Part shown: piece after piece, positions 58,723 to 64,000 of the stretch
Layout: each line of letters begins with the position of its first letter
Numbering within the stretch: the stretch's first letter is position 1
DNA from: Candidatus Cloacimonadales bacterium
GTDB taxonomy: Bacteria > Cloacimonadota > Cloacimonadia > Cloacimonadales > JAIOQZ01
Length of the DNA stretch: 64,000 nucleotides
Assembly (NCBI GenBank): GCA_963662655.2
Contig: CAXXTU010000002.1
Span: forward strand, 1,760,001-1,824,000
Reading direction: 5' to 3'
Position numbers and translations under genes: made by a program
The notes under the pieces: generated by a model
What the model was told of the DNA's origin: nothing
What the model saw: only the letters and a program-made list of their open reading frames with translations
Database searches by the model: none

Positions 58723-59434
58723 AAAAATTCCACATACCTATTTTACTTCTTACCTGAACGGGAATCTTGAACGCGTCGTCCGTAAGCCAGATTTCAATCC
58801 TTCCCGATTGCTTGAAAATCGCGTCGCCTTCCAGAAGCGGCTCGATGAGGATGCACTGCTTCTCGCCGAACATCGTATCGATCGTTTCGTACTTGTGCAC
58901 CTGCACGGTAGCTCGATAGCTCCTGCCGTCAGCCACCACATTCACATACAGCGTGTCGCCCGGCACGAAATCCTTCATCCGCACCCAATACAGCGAGCTC
59001 AGGATATCCTGTGTGTCTTCTGGCATCTCCATCCGCTGCTCCTTCATCGTCTGTTTCTTGAAGTCGTAGCGATTGTAAATGGTGAATCCCTGCTCCGGGT
59101 AGTAGAAATGGATTCTGAGTTGCCGGTACGATCCCTCGTGAAGGTTCTTGCTGAACTTGTGCGTTACCTGCGTACGTGCGTCCCACACCGACGTAATCTC
59201 GTCCCGTACCTTGTAGAATGTGTCGAAGAACGAATTCGTTCGCGCCTTCGAAACAATCTCGAATACAGGAATCGTATCCTGCAACGTCGATTCGCTGAAG
59301 GTGATGTCGGCCTTTCCAGCGCTTATCCCAGCATACTTGACGTTGAATGTCAGCTTCTCGCCCGGCGTTACCGCAGCGAGCACGCTCGCCGCAAGGCACA
59401 GAAAGAGAATCGCGTATATCGTTTTATTCATCAT
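58685..59434 (-). CDS. DUF3108-like exported protein
   Basis: Signal peptide; GEKL.F.V.Y..I.AG, F..FYKVRD, D.LS..Y..R, IW.TDD..KIPV. Confidence 0.75.
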   Translation of the reverse strand: MMNKTIYAILFLCLAASVLAAVTPGEKLTFNVKYAGISAGKADITFSESTLQDTIPVFEIVSKARTNSFFDTFYKVRDEITSVWDARTQVTHKFSKNLHEGSYRQLRIHFYYPEQGFTIYNRYDFKKQTMKEQRMEMPEDTQDILSSLYWVRMKDFVPGDTLYVNVVADGRSYRATVQVHKYETIDTMFGEKQCILIEPLLEGDAIFKQSGRIEIWLTDDAFKIPVQVRSKIGMWNFYAILEDAKNTGY

Positions 59435-59442
59435 TGTTTGGA

Positions 59443-60162
59443 TCAGACCTTCCCGCCCGTCAGATAAAATTCCTCACCGGACAGATACGTGTTTTCTTCT
59501 GAAACCAGAAACTTGCAGATTCCATACGAATCTTCCACCTTCGCAAGCCGCCCCTGCGGAATGCGTGAAAGCTGCCTGCGATAATACTCTTCCCGGAAAA
59601 GCCTATACATTCCCGAGAAGTGCGTGTCGTCTATTTCAACGGGCCCGGGCGACACAACGTTACACAGAACGTTCCGCTCCTCGAGCGCTATCGTGCGGCA
59701 CATATTGCTTATCGCGGCCTTGGAAGCGGCATACGCGCTGCCGTTCATCAATCCGATCCGGCTTACATCCGAACCAAAGAACACAATCCTCCCCGGCTCC
59801 GCTTTTCTCAGTGCCGGCAAGAATGCCTTGAGAACGTTGTAAGCGCCCATCACATTCGTGTTGAGGGTCGCGCGCCAATGCCCGGGATCCGTTTCTGCCA
59901 GCGGCATGAAATCCGTGCTTCTGACCGACGCCGTATGGATCAGCGCATCCAGCTTACCAGAGTGCGATTGTGCATACGACTGCACTGCTTCCCAGTCAGT
60001 CAAATCGATCCGGAGAATCTCCACCGCGTCGCTTTCGCCAAGCGATTCGATCCGATCGCTTTTTCGATGGCACCACAGGATCAGCCTGTGACCATCCTCC
60101 AGGAATTTTCGGGCAAGATACGAACCGATGTTGCCGTTCGCTCCCGTTATCAAGATCGTCAT
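59443..60162 (-). CDS. SDR family oxidoreductase
   Basis: TGANGNIG, YAASK, N.VSPG. Confidence 0.88.
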   Translation of the reverse strand: MTILITGANGNIGSYLARKFLEDGHRLILWCHRKSDRIESLGESDAVEILRIDLTDWEAVQSYAQSHSGKLDALIHTASVRSTDFMPLAETDPGHWRATLNTNVMGAYNVLKAFLPALRKAEPGRIVFFGSDVSRIGLMNGSAYAASKAAISNMCRTIALEERNVLCNVVSPGPVEIDDTHFSGMYRLFREEYYRRQLSRIPQGRLAKVEDSYGICKFLVSEENTYLSGEEFYLTGGKV

Positions 60163-61331
60163 ACGGTTTCCTTTCCGCAGGCAACAATATCGAGCATCCT
60201 GTTGGCAATATCGAACTTGTCCCCGGAAATCTCGATAACATTGTCCTTCGACACAAAGTGAACCAGGGACTCTTTCTGCCCGGATACCTTTATCAGATTA
60301 CCCGCCACATAGTCCAGGCGCTTCAATTCAAGCTTCTTGCGCGCGTTTTCGACGACATCCTCGCTCTCGGCGGCAAAACCGATCAGCGTTTGGCCGGTTC
60401 TCTTGATTTCTCCCAGAGATTTCAGCACATCCTTCGTACGTTTCATCGGAAGATTCAGGTCATCCGCCTTTTTCATCTTGCCTTCGACTCGTTCGGCAAA
60501 AGTGTAGTCCGTCACCGCGGATGCCATGAACAGGATATCGCATTCCTCGAATGCGTTGTGACAGGCGTCGTACATCTGCTGCGCCGTCTCAGCTCGAATG
60601 GCATCAATATCGTACGGTACCTTGTAATCGATGTGCGCGTGAATGAGCCTGACGTCCGCTCCGCGCAAGAAAGCCGCGCGAGCCAGCGCAAGACCCATGA
60701 GACCGGAAGAGTGATTGGTGAGAAAACGCATGTCGTCAAGGTGCTCCCTGCAAGCTCCGGCCGTAACCAGAACGCGCTTACCGACCATGTCTCTGCCATG
60801 TTCGAGATAGCAACGAATCGCGAAGAGTACCTCTTCCACATCCGGGAAACGTCCCTTTCCCTCATAGCCGCAGGCAAGCCTGCCGGTATCTGGCTCCAGA
60901 ATCATCCATCCGTGGCGTCTAAGCTTCTCGAGGTTCTCCTGCACAATGGAATTGGCGTACATGTGCACGTTCATCGCCGGAACCACGAGGCGTGGTTTGT
61001 GCATGGCCAGCACGGTCGTGGAAAGCAGATCGTCGCCTATGCCTCCGGCGAGCTTCCCGATGATGTTCGCGGTCGCCGGTGCCACGACAAGCATGTCCGC
61101 CCAGTCCGCCATATCGATGTGCGCGATGGGCTCATCCAGATTGAAGGCCTCCGTCTCGACCTGATTTCTCGTAATCGCCCGGAAAACGTCCGGGGTGACG
61201 AATTTCTGGCTGTTCTTCGTCAGAATCGTCTTGACCTCGGCTCCTGCTTTGATGAGCCGGCTGGCGAGATCGATCGCCTTATATGCTGCAATACCGCCAG
61301 TTACGCCCAGCAGAATTTTGGTGTTTTTCAT
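60159..61331 (-). CDS. coaBC: Phosphopantothenoylcysteine decarboxylase/ligase
   Basis: GVTGGIAAYK, APATAN, PAMN..M, LACG.EG.GR, RFLTN.SSG.MG, GFAAE. Confidence 0.95.
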   Translation of the reverse strand: MKNTKILLGVTGGIAAYKAIDLASRLIKAGAEVKTILTKNSQKFVTPDVFRAITRNQVETEAFNLDEPIAHIDMADWADMLVVAPATANIIGKLAGGIGDDLLSTTVLAMHKPRLVVPAMNVHMYANSIVQENLEKLRRHGWMILEPDTGRLACGYEGKGRFPDVEEVLFAIRCYLEHGRDMVGKRVLVTAGACREHLDDMRFLTNHSSGLMGLALARAAFLRGADVRLIHAHIDYKVPYDIDAIRAETAQQMYDACHNAFEECDILFMASAVTDYTFAERVEGKMKKADDLNLPMKRTKDVLKSLGEIKRTGQTLIGFAAESEDVVENARKKLELKRLDYVAGNLIKVSGQKESLVHFVSKDNVIEISGDKFDIANRMLDIVACGKETV

Positions 61332-61653
61332 CGTAACCTCTCAAGCTATGATAGGGTTAAAAAATTGACCCGCACGAAGTTGTAAAGGAAAAACAAATGC
61401 GCTCCCACGCATTCTGAACAGGAATCTCTTTTTTCTTTATTGCGGAAATTGTTCCCATAGAACGATTTCCCAATCATTCTTTCCAGCATTTATGCCACGT
61501 GAAATTAGAAATCGTATAACCGTTTGAAAATCAATAAAATGGATTTTCCGCGATTCAAAATAATGGCTTGACAAATATTACATTCGGAATTTTTTCGTAT
61601 CGTGTCTGTTTCACTCGCTGTGAACAACACAAAAAGCCAGATACTCGATCGAG

Positions 61654-61681
61654 AAACTGACAGTTCCAGTCAGTTTTTTTT
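61654..61681 (+). terminator. Leader terminator upstream of rimP
   Basis: AAACTGAC-N7-GTCAGTTT followed by a T tract, between TTGACA (61568-61573) and the rimP start. Confidence 0.7.
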
Positions 61682-61741
61682 ATGACAAAAAGTGGATTAG
61701 AATCGAGGTTTCCGACCCGAAAAATAATGCTTGAGGTTACG

Positions 61742-62215
61742 ATGGATAAACATTTTCAAGAGCTCGAATCCCTGGCAAAGGATATCTGCCAGAAAGAGGG
61801 CGTCGCACTGTACGACATCGAGGTGAAGAACACGAGAAAAGGCATGGTTGTCGCAGTGTTCCTGACCAAGATCAATGGCGTGAAGGTGGACGACTGCGCC
61901 CGGGTCAGCAGATCGATCGAGCAGGAACTGGATCGTGTGGACCTCTTTCCCGGGAGTTATTTTCTGGAAGTCTCTTCAGCAGGACTCGAGCGTCCGCTCA
62001 AGCTGAAGAAACACTTCGTCAGCGCGATCAACGAACTGATCCGCGTCACCTGGAAGACGGACGACAAAACCTTCTCGCACGATGGCATTCTCGCCGAAGT
62101 CCGCGAGGACGATATCGTGCTCCGTGTGGACGAAGAACAGATGAATATCCCCTACAAAGAAATCCGCAAAGCCAAGACTGTTTTTGAAATGAAGAAATGC
62201 AATAAAAGTCAATGA
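61742..62215 (+). CDS. rimP: Ribosome maturation factor RimP
   Basis: GAGGT RBS; GV.VDDC..VSR, Y.LEVSS.GLERPL; immediately upstream of nusA. Confidence 0.92.
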   Translation: MDKHFQELESLAKDICQKEGVALYDIEVKNTRKGMVVAVFLTKINGVKVDDCARVSRSIEQELDRVDLFPGSYFLEVSSAGLERPLKLKKHFVSAINELIRVTWKTDDKTFSHDGILAEVREDDIVLRVDEEQMNIPYKEIRKAKTVFEMKKCNKSQ

Positions 62216-62228
62216 GGGAGTCAAAGCA

Positions 62229-63464
62229 ATGGCAGCAAATTTGATGGCGATAGTAAACGAGCTGGCATCGATCAAGCAGCTCGATAAAAGTAAGGTTGCA
62301 GAAATTATCAAGGAAGGGCTTCTCGTGGCGATTTCCAAAAAACTGCTCCCCGAAAACGAACTCGAGATTGTCACCAATTACGAGAAAAGCGCCGTGGTTG
62401 CTAAATTCAAGCGTCACGTAGTCGAGCAGGATTATCAGCTTGGTGAGATTTCTCTCGAAGAGGCTCGCGATCTGCATGATCCGGGCGCAGAAATTGACGA
62501 CTGGATCGAAGTGGAAATGCAGATCCACGAATTCGAGCCGAAGGTCATCAAGAACGCCCGCAAGGCGATTCAGGAGAAGATCAAGTTGCTCGAAGAAGAA
62601 CGGATCATGTTCGATTACGAGAAGCAGCACAAGCAGATCGTAACCGGTAAAATCCGCAAGGTCGATTACAACGGCTACACCGTGGACATCGGCTATGCCG
62701 ACGCGCTGCTCCCCGTTGAAGAGCAGGTTGACGACGAGTATTACAAAGTCGGCGATCTGGTGAAGGCGTATGTTCTCAACATCCGCAAGCTGAAGACCGA
62801 CGTTAGGGTCATCCTCTCGCGCACGCATCCCGAATTTGTTAAAAAGCTTTTCGAAAGTGAAATTCCCGAAGTCTTCTCCGGCGACATCGATCTTCGCAAG
62901 ATCGTCCGCGAACCTGGCCTCCGCACGAAGGTGTGCGTCTTCTCGAAAGACAAGAACATCGACCCTGCCGGAAGCTGCCTGGGACCCAAGGGTATCCGCA
63001 TCGAACAGATCCGCAAGGAACTCCACAGTGAGCAAATCGATATCGTAGTCTGGGATGACTCGCCCGAGCAGTTCATCGCCAACGCCATCGGGAACGACCT
63101 CGTGGAACGCGTGTATCTGGCGGATCGCGGAAAATTCGCCCGCGTCATCGTGAAGGAGCAGAACAAGAACCTCGCGATCGGGAAAAAGGGAAAGAACGTC
63201 AAACTGGCGGCAAAGCTGACCGAGTTCAAGCTCGATATTTACACCGAAGAAGAATTCGAAGATAAAATTTCCGAAGAACGCCGTATCACCAGCCACGTTA
63301 TCGAGCTGGACGGTATTACCACGAAGATTGCGGACATCCTCAAGGATCATGGCTACACCTCGGTGCAGGACATCCACGATGCCTCGGTGGAGGAGCTCTG
63401 CAACCTGGAGGGTATCGGAGAGAAGACCGCGATCAAACTGAAGGAATCCGCGGCGCTGTTCTAA
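62229..63464 (+). CDS. nusA: Transcription termination factor NusA
   Basis: S1 and KH domains, LSRTHP, REPG.RTK, AIGKKG.NV.LA.KLT. Confidence 0.96.
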   Translation: MAANLMAIVNELASIKQLDKSKVAEIIKEGLLVAISKKLLPENELEIVTNYEKSAVVAKFKRHVVEQDYQLGEISLEEARDLHDPGAEIDDWIEVEMQIHEFEPKVIKNARKAIQEKIKLLEEERIMFDYEKQHKQIVTGKIRKVDYNGYTVDIGYADALLPVEEQVDDEYYKVGDLVKAYVLNIRKLKTDVRVILSRTHPEFVKKLFESEIPEVFSGDIDLRKIVREPGLRTKVCVFSKDKNIDPAGSCLGPKGIRIEQIRKELHSEQIDIVVWDDSPEQFIANAIGNDLVERVYLADRGKFARVIVKEQNKNLAIGKKGKNVKLAAKLTEFKLDIYTEEEFEDKISEERRITSHVIELDGITTKIADILKDHGYTSVQDIHDASVEELCNLEGIGEKTAIKLKESAALF

Positions 63465-63703
63465 TGCCGAACCGATCATCTCACGCGGGGCACGTGCCGC
63501 AGCGAACCTGCGTCGCCTGCCGGAAAAAGGCGAACAAAGAATCGTTCTTGCGTATGGTGGTTCTGGATCGGAACTTGTATTTTGATTTGACGGCGAAGCT
63601 GCCGAGACGCGGCTTTTACGTCTGCGATGACAACCAGTGCCTGGCGAAGCTGGACAACTGGTTGAAGAAGAAATTGAGAAAAGCTGATAAAGGTAAGAAG
63701 TAA
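63464..63703 (+). CDS. ylxR: YlxR/DUF448 family protein
   Basis: PQRTCVACR...K..LR.V...RGFYVC....C. Confidence 0.88.
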   Translation: MPNRSSHAGHVPQRTCVACRKKANKESFLRMVVLDRNLYFDLTAKLPRRGFYVCDDNQCLAKLDNWLKKKLRKADKGKK

Positions 63704-64000
63704 TGGATACCGGTAAGGTGGAAGAAAAGATCATAGCCCTGGTGCATTTCAGCCGCAAGGCGGGGAAACTCGCCATCGGTTACGATGCCGTGAGACGCTC
63801 GATTGAAAAAGGAAACACGCGTCTCGCGCTCATCGCGACCGATCTCGAAAAAGGGCGGCAACGCAGCATGCGCTATCTCTGCGACCAGACGAATGTTCCG
63901 CTGCGGAGCATCTCGACCAAGAAAGAGATCGGCGAAGCGCTCAACGTCCGCGACGTGGGCGTGCTTGGAGTCGAAGACATCAACCTTGCCAAAGGTATGA
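63703..64000 (+). CDS. L7Ae/YlxQ-like RNA-binding protein, 3' truncated by the window
   Basis: TAATG overlap with ylxR; translation MDTGKVEEKIIALVHFSRKAGKLAIGYDAV...LIATD...KKEIGEAL...VGVLGVED. Confidence 0.85.
   Translation, partial: MDTGKVEEKIIALVHFSRKAGKLAIGYDAVRRSIEKGNTRLALIATDLEKGRQRSMRYLCDQTNVPLRSISTKKEIGEALNVRDVGVLGVEDINLAKGM

Noticed and set aside
61444..61470. Inverted repeat GGAAATTGTTC/GAACGATTTCC between coaBC and rimP
   Set aside because: A single short occurrence with no recognisable regulator consensus.
59970..63776. Long antisense ORFs (59970-61385, 62046-63776; likewise 33338-34597 and 14957-16201)
   Set aside because: They shadow well-recognised genes on the opposite strand and show no motifs.

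Overview
A 64-kb, mostly housekeeping region of an anaerobic FCB-group bacterium. The gene content and the FlgD/T9SS-type C-terminal domain suggest Ca. Cloacimonadota, but that is inference. It holds a korDABC-mce-mmdA/D/C/B operon (2-oxoacid:ferredoxin oxidoreductase, methylmalonyl-CoA epimerase, Na+-pumping decarboxylase), buk, argS-rsfS, and an ADP-forming acyl-CoA ligase-GNAT fusion. It also holds a polyprenyl synthase next to a DGGGP-synthase-like UbiA gene, a CIRCE-controlled groL with no adjacent groS, a low-GC HNH gene, a heterodimeric ABC exporter, an ECF sigma factor, a C25 gingipain-like protease, ktrAB, adk, queA, coaBC and rimP-nusA-ylxR-L7Ae. The most unusual signals are non-coding. 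(1) Four copies of a ~125-155 bp rod-shaped hairpin with an invariant ATCGGGCGAAGAT, conserved bulges and a tandem G.A pair, whose stems differ in sequence but keep their pairing. (2) Three copies of a ~115-180 bp element that folds into a near-perfect four-way junction. All seven copies have the same chromosomal orientation, whatever the direction of the flanking genes. (3) An unannotated 32-codon leader peptide with two tandem terminators and an antiterminator upstream of the ABC exporter. Several frameshifts, mostly in short homopolymer runs (helicase, birA, sulfotransferase), may be sequencing errors. All folding was done by eye and no database searches were run.
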